64,000 bases of DNA from the human T2T-CHM13v2.0 reference genome, Homo sapiens. Within the stretch, counting starts at the first letter, position 1, and every line of letters begins with the position of its first letter. The stretch lies in assembly GCF_009914755.1 (NCBI RefSeq), contig NC_060930.1. The stretch is one strand, 5' to 3'. Both the position numbers and the translations under genes were made by a program. The notes beneath the pieces were generated by a model. The model was not told the DNA's origin. It searched no databases and worked only from the letters and a program-made list of their open reading frames with translations. Shown here in pieces: positions 28,851 to 42,794 of the stretch.

Positions 28851-29955
28851 TGAGGTGGGAGGATTGCTTGAGTATAGGAGGTCAAGACCAGCCTGGCCAA
28901 CATCAGGAGACCCCATCTCTATAAAAAATTTAACCAGCCAGGTGAGGTGGCTCAAGCCTGTAATCCCAGCACTTTGGGAGGCCGAGATGTGTGGACCACG
29001 AGGGCAGGAGTTTGAGACCAGCCTGGCCAACATGGTGAAACCCCCGTCTCTACTAAAAATACAAAAATTAGCTGGGCGTGGTGGCGGGCACCTGTAATCC
29101 CAGCTACTCAGGAGACTAAGGCAGGAGAATTGCTTTAACCTGGGAGGCAGAGGTTTCGGTAAGACAAGACTGCACCATTGCATGCCAGTCTGGGTGACAG
29201 AGAGAGACTCCATCTAAAAAAAAAAAAAAAAAATAGCATGCCACCACCCATGGTTAAATTTTTTTTTCACAAAGGCGGTAAGTGGCAAAGCTTGGATTTG
29301 CACCCAAATATTTGGTGTCTTTAACCACTTGGATGTCAGATTACAGCAACTAGAAGCCATTTCTTTCTTTTCTTTCTTTTTTTTTTTTTTTGAGACAGAG
29401 TTTCACTCTTGTTGCCCAGGCTGGAGTGCAATGGTGTGATGTGATCTTGGCTCACCGCAATCTCTGCCTCCCAGGTTCAAGCGATTCTCCTGCCTCAGAC
29501 TCCCGAGTAGCTGGGATTACAGGCATTCACCACCATGTCCGGATAATTTTTGTATTTTTAGTAAAGACAGAGGTTTCACCATGTCGGTCAGGCTGGTCTC
29601 GAACTCCTGACCTCATGATCTACCCCCCTCGGCCTCCCAAAATTCTGGGATTACAGGCGTGAGCCACCACGCCTGGCTGCTAATTTTTGCCCCACTAATT
29701 TTTGCCTCAGGAGGCTGAGGCAGGAGGATTGCTTAAGCCCAGGAGGTCAAGGCTGCAGTGAGCCTTGATTGCACTCCAGCCTTGGCGATAGAGAAAGACC
29801 CTGTCTCCAAAAAAATAATACTAATAATAATTGCTGGGTGCGGGGGCTCACGTGGCCTGTAATCCCTGCACTTTGGGAGGCTGAGGCGGGCAGATCACCT
29901 GAGGTTGGGAGATCGAGACCAGCCTGACCAACATGGAGAAACCCTGTCTCTACTA

Positions 29956-30111
<156 letters not shown>

Positions 30112-30384
30112 TCAAAAACAAAAACACACACAACAGATACACTCAGAGATTGTGCCCTCAAGTCATATACTGCACATGACAAGTACAAATACCGGAGCTA
30201 AATCCTAATACTCTCCCCATTCTATTTGAGTTTGTTTATTGAGGCTTCAAGGCACTCAATAAATGTTTGCTGAATGAATGAAAGAAAGCCAGAATTCTCA
30301 TTTGATTTCATATTAGAGGAATTGGCCCTAAAACTATTTAAGAGGCAGACTTGAACTTATACACAGGTCCCACAACTTAAGCCA

Positions 30385-31625
<1,241 letters not shown>

Positions 31626-31629
31626 TCCC

Positions 31630-31730
31630 GTCCCTCCCTCCTTCCCTCCCTCCCTCCCTCCCTCCCTTCCTTCTCTCCCTCTCTCTCTCCCTCCCTTCCT
31701 TCCCCCGTTCCTCCCTCCCTCGCTCCCTTC
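31630..31730. repeat. (CCCT/CCTT/CT)n polypyrimidine repeat
   Basis: Seen directly. Confidence 0.9.
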
Positions 31731-34700
31731 CACCATTTGTCTCATTCTGTCGCCCAGGCTGGAGTGCAGTGGCACAATCACGGCTCATTGCAGCCTTGAA
31801 CTCCTGGGCTCAAGCCTTCCTCCCCCTCAGTCCTAGCTAGGACTATAGGCGTGTGCCACCATGTGTGACTAATGTTTTTTTTTTTTTTTTTTTTGGTAGA
31901 CAAGGGGGGGTCTCACTGTGTTGCCTAGGCTGATGGCTTTCTATAATTTTTATTTAATAAATGAAATGCTGTTTCCAACTCAACAAGGCCATTAACTGGC
32001 CAATGAGTGGATCAGATCCCAAGGGCCATTGGTGGTGAGAAGGGGAGAGACTGACCCACAGGGAATTATCATTGGATGTTAAGAAATGGGAAAGCACATT
32101 GAAACAGAAAGGAGATGAGTCAGAGGAGACATTCCAGGGGAGAAGCAGATCCTGTAAAATGTCCTGTGGGTTGAGAGGAGGAGAGAGGTGGAAGGAGCTC
32201 GGGAGAGCCCAGAGTGGTGCCTGGACCATCCGGCTGTAGCAAAGGCAAGAGTCAGAAAAAAGTCTGGAAAGCCACTGAGAAGGCCTTGAGTGCCTGCCTG
32301 AACATGATGAGTTTGTTCAAGGAAATGGTTTATGTGTCCCCTCCTGAAAAGCCTCCCTGGGTACTCCCAGACCAGGCCAACCTGGCACATTTTTTCTGGG
32401 GCACCAAATTCCCTGCGTCCCACTCAGATTACTGCTTGATGCCTCCTCCTCCATGGCTATGTAAGCTGCCTGAGGGCAGACCCTTCAACACTCCTGTGCT
32501 CCTACCAGGGATGGGCAAGGAGGAGGCGAATGTAATGAATATCATGCACCTCATGGATTTTCAGTGGGGATCAAGACGATGTTTTGTGAAACCAGTTTGG
32601 TCGTGGTGGTGGTGGTGGTGTGCTGGGGACACTTTGAACTGGGGGGGACCTAAGGCAGGGCCATTACCAAAAAACCTAGAAGTTAAGAATATACCCCACA
32701 GCCTTGGCAGTGGCAATGGGAAGGCAGAGATGGGCAGCTAAGGAGTGACCGTCTACAGGAGCGGCCTCTGACTCAGGGTGGCCATGAGCAGAGGAAGGCA
32801 CAGTGGCTTCAGAGACTGGTGAGCAGCAAGGAAGAGAAATTCATGTAAGGCACGGACCTGCCTCCTCCCTGCCCAACGTTGTGTGCTTTCAGCTCTTCCT
32901 CCTCTACCCTCTACAAGTTACTTTTCCCACTGGACAGCACCCTTCGGGGTCTCTCTGTCAGGCACCTGGGTTTGAGACAAATTCCACAGCGTGACACAGC
33001 CTAGGAATAGGCTTTACTGGGGGAAGAGAAGACAACAAATCATCAAGAGAAGCAGCATGGGTTCCTTGACCCTCCTCTCATCACCCTCCCCACCCTGCTG
33101 GGGGTGGGGGTTTGCCGCGAGGGTGGGGAGGGCCCCGAGCCAGAGCAGCCGAGCGCTCTTCCAGTGTGCATTCCAGTGGGAGGGCCTTCCTGCCATCACG
33201 CTGCCTTTGTGTAGAGCTGGCATGAAAAAGCAGCTTTGTCAGTGGAGGTACCCCAGGCTGCTTGGCACCATGCAGTCTAGATTTGGGGTGCCAGCCCATT
33301 ACAGGAGCTGTCTGAGAACACCAGCATTTGAACACCCTAGTCCTGTAGACATCGCAGTGCCTCCCACTGGTGGAGGGGGCTGGGGAGACGGAAAAGCATG
33401 CATGGAATACTCAGAAGAATCCCCAGTCTCCTGGTGAACTGAGCGTGGATGTGCCCCCTCTTGCCAGGAAAAGGAAGGGCTATTCCTAGTTAGCGCATTC
33501 TGCAGGCCACCCAGAATGAAAGTCCAAGCTCACGTTAAGACACTCATCCGGCCGGGCGCGGTGGCTCACGCCTGTAATCCAAGCACTTTGGGAGGCTGAG
33601 GGGCGGATCAGTTGTCAAGGGTTCAAGACCAGCCAGGCCAACATGACGAAACCCCGTCTCTACTAAAAATACAAAAATTAGCCTGGCGTGGTAGAGTGAG
33701 CCTGTAATCCCAGCTGGAGGCTGAGGCAGGAGAATCGCTTGAACCCAGGAGGCAGAGGTTGCAGTGAGCCGAGATTGTGCCACTGGACTCCAGTCTGGGC
33801 AACAGAGTGAGATTCCATCTCAAAAAAAAAAAAAAAAAAAGACACTCACCCATTCTACTAGGCATTACAAGCAGGGGGATCCCCCATGCCCTTACCAGGA
33901 CAGCACTCGGCTTTTAACCTGCCCACAGCCCCTCTCACACATAGCCTGGTAGTAGTGTTATTTAGGTTCCTGCAAATCTGTTTTTTTTTTTTTTTTTTAG
34001 CAGACATGGTAACCAACATCGAAGTGCCTCTTGCACTCTAATTCACAGCTTCCAAATTTCAGAGACACCAGACATGCCAAATGCATCTTGCCTTTCCTCA
34101 GTATGGCCCACCTGAGACTTTAGCAAAAAAATATTCACACACTTGAGGAAGCCTAACCATCCGCTGGAAATTAACTGGATAAGCTGCCCTCAGTGGGGTC
34201 AGAGGTCAGCTTAGAGCAGGTCAGGTTAGAACATGAGAAGGTTGGTGAGCCCAGCCCCACACAGCTATCACAAAAGTCTGTGCCATGAACTTCACAAAGT
34301 AGGTTCACCTCAAGGTTCAGTGGAGCCTTCAGTGTGTCCTTAGCCAAAGCTGTTTGGAAAAAATTGTGACATTGGACACCAGGAATGATTCCAAGATTGC
34401 AAAGGAAGAGTTGAGATAAATGGAGCTAAGAGATGTATTGATTCATACTTTGATTCCAACAACCCATGCCCACTCACATGTTACTCACCAGATGCCACAT
34501 ACACACTTAGCCACACGCACGTTCACACTCTCACATGCATCCATTTGGTGCCTGCCCACGTCCATTGCCAAATCCCATACTCCAGGTAAAGGGAGGTTGT
34601 ATGGTTTCAGTCTCTTCAGCTATGAAGTGGCCTTTCCTAGAAAAGTCCAGTTTTTGCCTGTTAGTCCATCACCTGATCTTGGTAATGGGGGCGGGGTGCC

Positions 34701-34787
34701 CCTTCATTGGATCACTCATAAAATATGCCAGGGATCTGCTTCAGTAGGCCAAATCATTACTTTTTGTTCTCTCTCTTTTTTTTTTGA

Positions 34788-35081
<294 letters not shown>

Positions 35082-35265
35082 TAGTGAACTGAATCCCCTG
35101 TCCTCTCACGTCTTACTTTTATATCCCAGGAGTCCAGTGTTCACCTTTAACGTGTCCAGCAACAGCTCAACACACCCCAGGAGAAGCTGGGTTTTGCTGA
35201 TTCTGGTTCCTGACCTTTGGGCACCTCCAGCAACCTTCAATAACTCCCTTCTCTTTCTCTCTCTC

Positions 35266-35332
35266 CACACACACACACACGCATGCATGCACGCACACAT
35301 ACACACGCATGCACGCACGCACACACACACAC
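35266..35332. repeat. Imperfect (CA/CG)n alternating purine-pyrimidine repeat
   Basis: Seen directly. Confidence 0.9.
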
Positions 35333-35449
35333 GAAATCATGATTATCCTTATCTGTTCAGCTCAGATAGAATTAAATCCACATTTGGGCCTCGCACTGTG
35401 GCTCACGCCTGTAATCCTAGAACTTTGGGAGGCCAAGGTGGGCAGATCA

Positions 35450-35680
<231 letters not shown>

Positions 35681-36329
35681 TCAAAAAAAAAAAAAAAATT
35701 AAATCCACATTTTACAAGCATCTTACAAAATGGGGCCTCTACATCTGAAGTGCATACAACTGGAGCAGGAGGGGTACATTTTTGTCACGGGTGAAAAAAC
35801 AAAACAAAAACAAAAAAAACTAGTGGATATGGTGGTTTAAGTTTAATGAATACATGTAAATTTATTTTAATGCATTCAGGTGACTATGTCATAATAACTT
35901 GTTCAATATACTGAGTGATTTTAGGCTAAGGAAGGATTTTTTCAAATGAAAGGGTTTGGATGGACACTCGGTGACTCTCTAAAATATACTCTTCAGAGGA
36001 GGTAAAAATAAATACGTGAAGGTAAAACGGCAGGGTGGGGGTGGGGAGAATGTGAGGCTGTTGTGTGCAAGGAAGGGCGGGTATTCATACTGAAACTGCA
36101 GAACTAAGCAGGTGACAGCTGCACACCGCTCCTTTCCCTGGCCGGGCTGCCCCAGCTCAGTGACATCACAGACTGTGACGAACCCAGACGTATTTGGTGG
36201 AAACCAAGCCACAATCTCAGAAGCAGCGCACAGTTTGAGTAGAAATGAGTTTTTTTGGTTTCTCTTCCCTAATACCCACAGAGCCCCTACACTCCCGTTA
36301 TCCTCGCAGCCCCTGGCTGACTGTGTCCG

Positions 36330-36760
36330 ACCTAACTTCTCGCCCCCTGGTTTCAGAATATCCTGGCAGCGGAATAGAGGGCGTTGGGGGGCGGTGCAGG
36401 CCAAAACTTTTTGGGCTGCCCCACCCATGCCTTTCCGGTTAGCGTTGCAGCTCCTTAGACGAGTAGGCTAACCACAGCCCACCCGCCTTTCTTCCAGCGA
36501 TGCAACGATCTGTTCGCCGCTCAATGCCGCATGCTGTTCAAAGCCCAGAGGCTGGAGTGGGTGCGCCCCAAAGGCCCCGCCCAAGGAAGGGCACGCTTGC
36601 GTGCTCGCGGCGGCGGCCATCTTGGACTCGGGCAGCCGCCCACTTCTAACCTCTATGGCATCGCTCCGGGAGGGAGGCGACCCCGCACTCTGGGCCTCTT
36701 AAACCTGTGCTCGCGAGCCCCACATTGCTCTCCGGCCTCCACGTAAAACTCGAGCCAGTT
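36330..36760. promoter_or_regulatory. Small CpG island / promoter-like element ~1 kb downstream of the BAK1 poly(A) site
   Basis: Dense CpG, YY1 motif GCGGCCATCTTG 36613-24, GC box GGCCCCGCCC 36573-82, palindrome GCACGCttGCGTGC 36591-604. Confidence 0.65.
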
Positions 36761-37741
36761 TCCTGGTGGCAAGTCCTCACTCCTTGGGTGACTCTGAGAA
36801 AGCACCCGTTTCCTTATCTGTAAATAGTAGTTTGAGTACCCCCACCCCCGTCTCCTACCTATTATTTGGGCAGATGATGAACTCTCAGCATAAAGCCTGG
36901 CACACAGTATGTGTTCTATAAATGTTGTCTGTGAGCTTTTCCTGTACACTGCGGGGTGCCTTGTAGCAACCACCTTCCAGCCACCACTGCCTGCAGCGCC
37001 GCCTTTTCCCTTTTCCAAGATCGCGTCTGTACTAGACTCTGAAGACCTTGTGGAGGGAAAAGGGGCTTGGCAAGCCCACCCCAGGAGGGTGAAGGTGAAA
37101 CTCACGAGTTCTCTTGGACTTGCATGTGACCCTTTTGGAAGGGCGTCAGAAACACAGACCAGGGTGCCCAGGACTGGAAAGACTGTAGATTTTGGAACAT
37201 TTAAACGCCCCCATGCTTGTTATTTTTATCACCCCTGGCTGGGTACCCATAGGGACTCCCAAGCAGCATAAAACTAGAATGAAAGCCCTGCGTGTGTGCT
37301 GACTGTGGAGACATCAGGAAGGGGGAGCTGGGACATTGTGTCCCAGGCAGAGCTAAATGTGGGGGAGAAGGGCCTTTTGGACCAGCGTGGGTGGTAGCCC
37401 CAGGGTGGGAGAAGAATTCAGCCCAGGTCAGAGGTAGCCTGTGGGGGTCCTCAGATATGTGCAGCTGCTCCACCAGCTCTGTAGCTAAAGGACCTCCCAG
37501 ACTTCCTAAAGGGTGGAAACTGCATGAAACCCAACGAGATGAGAGAAGTTCATGGGGAGGGGCGAACGCCTTCCATCGGAGTGGGGGCTGCAGAACCATA
37601 CTCAGGCCTCTATGGGATTCTAGAGGCCTAGTGTGAGGTTTTATTCAGTAATAAGCCAGATGTATGCCAGGCGTGCCCAGGTTCCCACAGTCTGGCCTGA
37701 TGGAAAGAGGGGTAGCAGAGAATACAAAAACTAAGTCAGGG

Positions 37742-38992
37742 TGAGGGGATTGCACAGTTTATTTCCAAACACTCAGAGGATAGGGGGTGGCCTATGGGCT
37801 CCATCTGCCTCCCCTCCCTGCATTTGGCTGAATCAAGAACTTCTCCCCCCTGACCCCCAAGACCCTAGGCTGTGCCCAATAGAGAAGGCACTGTCACCCC
37901 CCACCCTGAGGAGACCTAGACAGGTGAGGAGCATGGAGGGTGGGGGAACAGAGTTCAAGTATTCACAGTTCCCCCATCTACACCCCTGGATTACACTGTG
38001 CCAGAGCCATGAGGGAGGATCCCACCTCTGGGATTCCTAGTGGTGTTGATAGTCCTTCTCCCACTTAGAACCCTCCAGATGAACTCCCTACTCCTTTTCC
38101 CTGATATAACAAACCAAGTCCTAAGCCCTGTAGTCTGGGCAAGGAGGAGCCTTAGCAGGCCACTCACCCAAGGCCCCCAGGGATGGGGGTGAGAGCCTTC
38201 ACCTGTAGTGAATGGGTTGGGAGCAAGTGTCTATAAGGAGAGAGGAAGGGAGAGAACTGAGAGGACCTTGGGAGGCAGGCTTGGAGGCTTCTGACACGTG
38301 AGTTCAGACAGCTCTGGTCTGCGACTCCACCCCACCCCACACCCCAAGCCCAGAATCCCTGAGAGTCCAACTGCAAAGGCAGTATGGCCGGAGGGAGGAA
38401 TGGGAGCAGGGGTAGAGTTGAGCAGGACCTTGGCCCCCCTCTCCTAGTAGGTCCTGCTCCTGGGACACATGCTTAGGGACGGCCAGGACCAGGCTCAGGT
38501 CCTAGTCCCATCTCTTAGGGTGCTGATCTTCCAGAATAGCTGAATCCTGGGGAACATAGACCCACCAATCCCCACACCCCAGACGTCCTGGCCTCAGGTA
38601 GAATGGTGGGAATGGGCTCTCACAAGGGTATTATAAAAAGCTAAAACCGTTAAACACTTTCTGGGGAGAAGTGGCTCCCAGTCTCTTGCCTCCCCAAGTT
38701 ATCAGTCTCCCCAGCGCCTAGCAGACAGGGCTAAGGAGGTCCCAGAGAGCTGAGGGAGGAGACGGCCACAGCCCCTGGGCCCAGAGAGAGGGCCCACTAG
38801 CACCATGCAATGTTGAGGTGCCTCTGCAGCCTGACTGGCCCCCACGCAGGGGCCCTCCGAAGCTGGAGTGCACACTTGCTAAAGCTTCTGTACTCTTGAG
38901 GGGGGACCCCTGCAAGGGAACAGAGAAGGCAAAGACTTCGCTTAAGTCCAGGCAGGGGTCTGAACCGGGACCCCAAAGGGCACCCTTGGGAG
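37742..38992 (-). other. BAK1: BAK1 3' UTR
   Basis: Runs from the stop codon to just past the AATAAA at 37763-37758. Cleavage site approximate. Confidence 0.85.
37758..37763 (-). terminator. BAK1 polyadenylation signal AATAAA (a second AATAAA lies at 37640-37645)
   Basis: tttatt on +. A T/GT-rich downstream element (ttagtttttgtattc on -) follows. Confidence 0.85.
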
Positions 38993-39097
38993 TCATGATT
39001 TGAAGAATCTTCGTACCACAAACTGGCCCAACAGAACCACACCCAGAACCACCAGCACGTTCAGGATGGGACCATTGCCCAAGTTCAGGGCTGCCAC
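38993..39097 (-). CDS. BAK1: BAK1 exon 6 coding part, C-terminal TM anchor (VAALNLGNGPILNVLVVLGVVLLGQFVVRRFFKS*)
   Basis: ggcag|GTG; TGA at 38995-38993. Summed CDS 70+136+144+181+105 = 636 nt = 211 aa + stop. Confidence 0.98.
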   Translation of the reverse strand: MAALNLGNGPILNVLVVLGVVLLGQFVVRRFFKS

Positions 39098-39223
39098 CTG
39101 CCGGGAGAAACAAGGTGGTCACAGAGAGGCTAGCAGAAGATATAGGAACCCGAGGAAGGGGTGGGGCCTGGGAGAGGGGCAGCCCCAACAGCAGGGAGGA
39201 CATTGCAGTCCTTGGATACTCAC

Positions 39224-39404
39224 CCAGCCACCCCTCTGTGCAATCCACCGGGCAATGCAGTGATGCAGCATGAAGTCGACCACGAAGCGGGTCACCTGGC
39301 CTAGGAAGCCAGTCAGGCCATGCTGGTAGACGTGTAGGGCCAGACGGTAGCCGAAGCCCAGAAGAGCCACCACACGGCCCCAATTGATGCCACTCTCAAA
39401 CAGG
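39224..39404 (-). CDS. BAK1: BAK1 exon 5, BH1/BH2 (SLFESGINWGRVVALLGFGYRLALHVYQHGLTGFLGQVTRFVVDFMLHHCIARWIAQRGGW)
   Basis: 181 nt. NWGR BH1 and WIAQRGGW BH2 motifs. cacag|...TGG|gtgagt. Confidence 0.99.
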
Positions 39405-39695
39405 CTGTGGGCAGAGCATCCCATAGCATTGGTGGAGAGCCCCCAGGAAGCCCTTCAGCCTGCCTGGCCTCTCCCACCCCTCTCCCAGCTGGAAGCTAAA
39501 TAGCTTAGCTGTGAATTAAGGCCGCAGAGGCTGCCCCAACCTGGCCTGTATTTGGGAACAACCTGGGTCTCTGCGAAAGGAGAAAGCTCAGGGGCAGATG
39601 AGCTGGATGCCACTGCTGGGGTGTACGCTCAGGTGCAACGGGGCACAGAGAGGGCAGAGGGCAGAGCAAGTGGATGGAGTCAGCGGGGAGATTAC

Positions 39696-39715
39696 CTGTG
39701 GGTGTTGCTGCTGGC
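39696..39715 (-). other. BAK1: 20-nt alternative microexon (N-Bak / poison exon) GCCAGCAGCAACACCCACAG
   Basis: gccag|20 nt|gtaatc, preceded by a CU-rich polypyrimidine tract and a CTAAT branch-like site (39757-39761). Matches the known neuron-specific Bak exon. Confidence 0.9.
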
Positions 39716-40487
39716 CTGGCAGCCCGAGGGACAGCAGAGAGAAAAGGACAGAAAAGATTAGGGTAGTTCCTGTCATCACAGTGGTATGAAGGCTGGCCTC
39801 TAAGTTCACGGACTGGATATTTCAGCTCTGAGCACTAATTCTAAAATCTATCACTTACTCCTACCTTCACCTCCAGTTTCAAATCTACTCCGACACTGAC
39901 TTCCCTAACTCTGGTGGTAGCAATGGCTAACACTTTGTAAGGTGGACACTAATCTAAGCATATTTTCCCTATTTTACAAACCAGGAGACTAAGGGCTAGG
40001 AAGCTTCACGAAGGCAGTAAGTGGCAAAGCTTGGATTTGCACCCAAATATTCGGTGTCTTTAACCACTTGGATGCCAGATTATAGCAAGTAGGAGCCATT
40101 TCTAGGACCTGGCAGAGGTTAGCACCCTCACCATCTTCAGTGTGATATGTGGTTTCAAATTGGAACTATGAAGGACAGCTATGTCCCAGCTGGGCTGGGG
40201 AGCTGTGGGGGACGTCCCCACCTCAGGCCCCCTCTAGAGTCCTGATCTAACCAGTCAAGACCTTGGAGTCAGAGCTCAAAAGAGCTGTGAGCTAATGCCC
40301 AAAATACAAGTCTGGGACCCCGAAAGAGAAAAATAGGGGGCCGAGACCACATGTGAGTTCACAGCAGACATTGGACACTGACAGAAGGCTTCTCCCCATG
40401 CCAGGAGAGCATCATGCAGGCAGGGTATGGTATGGTTGTGACATGACAGAGGAGTGACTGGAGCTGGCAGGGAGGTGGCTGGGGTAC

Positions 40488-40631
40488 CTGGTGGCAATCT
40501 TGGTGAAGTACTCATAGGCATTCTCTGCCGTGGGCTGCAGGTGCTGCAACATGGTCTGGAACTCTGAGTCATAGCGTCGGTTGATGTCGTCCCCGATGAT
40601 GGCGAGCTGCCGTCCCACCTGCCCCATGGTG
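40488..40631 (-). CDS. BAK1: BAK1 exon 4, BH3 domain (TMGQVGRQLAIIGDDINRRYDSEFQTMLQHLQPTAENAYEYFTKIAT)
   Basis: 144 nt. BH3 motif LAIIGDD is visible in ORF 40412..40918. tacag|...AG|gtaccc. Confidence 0.99.
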
Positions 40632-40982
40632 CTGTAGGAGCAGGAGGCATGCAGGTGAGCCAGTAACCAGGCAGTCGGGACCAGGCCCTGGCTCATGGCA
40701 GAGGGGTTCTGCCTGAGCTGTCCATGGCCCTGTGCATCCCTTCTTGGAGGTCCCTGACAGTGTTCTAAGACATGAGTGCTGGGCTCCAGGAGAAGGGGCA
40801 GGCATGGGCTAAAAAGGATACAAGGTCCTGGATGGGGGTGGGAGCCCAACATAAAAGAGGAGCAACCATGAGAGAAGGGCAAGACCCCCGAGGCCTCCCC
40901 AGCTCCCAGGACCTGCACAGAGACCCATGCGAGCTACTGCCTCCCTGAAGATGTCCTTGTGGGCCCAGCGGTTGTAGCTCAC

Positions 40983-41118
40983 CTGCTAGGTTGCAGAGGT
41001 AAGGTGACCATCTCTGGGTCGGCAGGGGCAGCCACCCCTTCAGCCTCCTGTTCCTGCTGATGGCGGTAAAAAACGTAGCTGCGGAAAACCTCCTCTGTGT
41101 CCTGGGCTACCTGCTCCT
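40983..41118 (-). CDS. BAK1: BAK1 exon 3 (EEQVAQDTEEVFRSYVFYRHQQEQEAEGVAAPADPEMVTLPLQPSS)
   Basis: 136 nt, ctcag|AG...AG|gtgag, phases 1/2 fit the neighbouring exons. Confidence 0.98.
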
Positions 41119-41237
41119 CTGAGGATCAAAGCTGGGAGTCAGGGAGAGAGGGCCGAACCCTGGCAGCCCCATGCCTTATAGGGGATTCACTCTTCCTAAG
41201 GCCATAGCTGTCCTCACCCATGGAAAGAAATATCCCA

Positions 41238-41903
<666 letters not shown>

Positions 41904-42724
41904 TTAGCCGCCCCTAGAGCTTATGCTGTGTGGAGAGTTGTTCCGGCACTTGCATTGAGTCCTCACAGTAGCCCTGGGAGCAGGCAATCCCCAGCTGGCA
42001 GGGGGAAAATGGCACAGGGTGTCTGAGTAACGTGTGCAAGGTCATACAGCCAGAACAAGCCGGGGAACCGGGACAGTCCCGGGCATTTGGGGTCCTGAGT
42101 CTACATTAGTACATCTCAGCTCCGCAGCCCTTTGCGTGCAGGGAAATGTGGGAAACAAAATCTGAATTTGTAGCTGCGGCCCAGAAAAGTCACACAGGGA
42201 GATAGTGACAGACCTGGGACCTGATTCCCAAGTCCAGGGAACAGCCCGCCGTGAGGTGTGAGCTGGGGCTTCCCTGGCTATCCCCTGGGAAGAGGGAAGG
42301 AGGGCAGCCATCTTACTTCCTCCCCAAGTCACAATAATTGCGTTCCCTGTTGAGCAGACCTGACTGGGTGATTGGCCAGCTTACTTCCTTATTTCTCCCG
42401 CTGGAGGGATACAGCAGCCAGGCCCCACTCTAATTCCTGCCTCCCTCGCCCGTGACCCAGCCCTCTGCCCCGGTGGCACTGTGCCTACCTTACACTCACT
42501 TCCTGGCCTCTCCCAACCTCCAGGCCCTCCCCAGTCCAGACTCCTCCCCCTCCTGGGCTTAACCTTGACAGCAGCTCCAGCCTCTGAGCCCGTGGGTGGG
42601 GAAGAGTATTCCCCACCCACAGTGGGTGAACCGAGGCGAAGGAGCCTGCCTGAGTCCTGCTCCTTCCATCCTCACGACAGCACTCATGGTTATGGGATGG
42701 GTGAGGGGGCAGGAAGACCCTTAC

Positions 42725-42794
42725 CAGAAGCAGAGGGCAGGGCAGGCTCTCCGCACTCCTGCCTGGGAGGACCTGGGCCTTGCCCCGAAGCCAT
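42725..42794 (-). CDS. BAK1: BAK1 exon 2 coding part (MASGQGPGPPRQECGEPALPSAS); whole exon 42725-42825
   Basis: ATG at 42794 in strong Kozak context (aaaATGG). Acceptor cgcag| at 42826-27, donor G|gtaag. 70 coding nt. Confidence 0.98.

Noticed and set aside
32214-32741. 175-aa non-Alu ORF on +
   Set aside because: GTG start, no recognisable domain or splice context. A BLASTP search would be needed; no support from sequence alone.
33350-33385. CTCF-like CCCACTGGTGGAGGGGGC
   Set aside because: Spacing does not fit the core consensus; cannot be supported without ChIP.
38718-39383. 221-aa minus ORF overlapping BAK1 exons 5-6
   Set aside because: Alternative frame running through intron 5 in GC-rich DNA with a non-ATG start.
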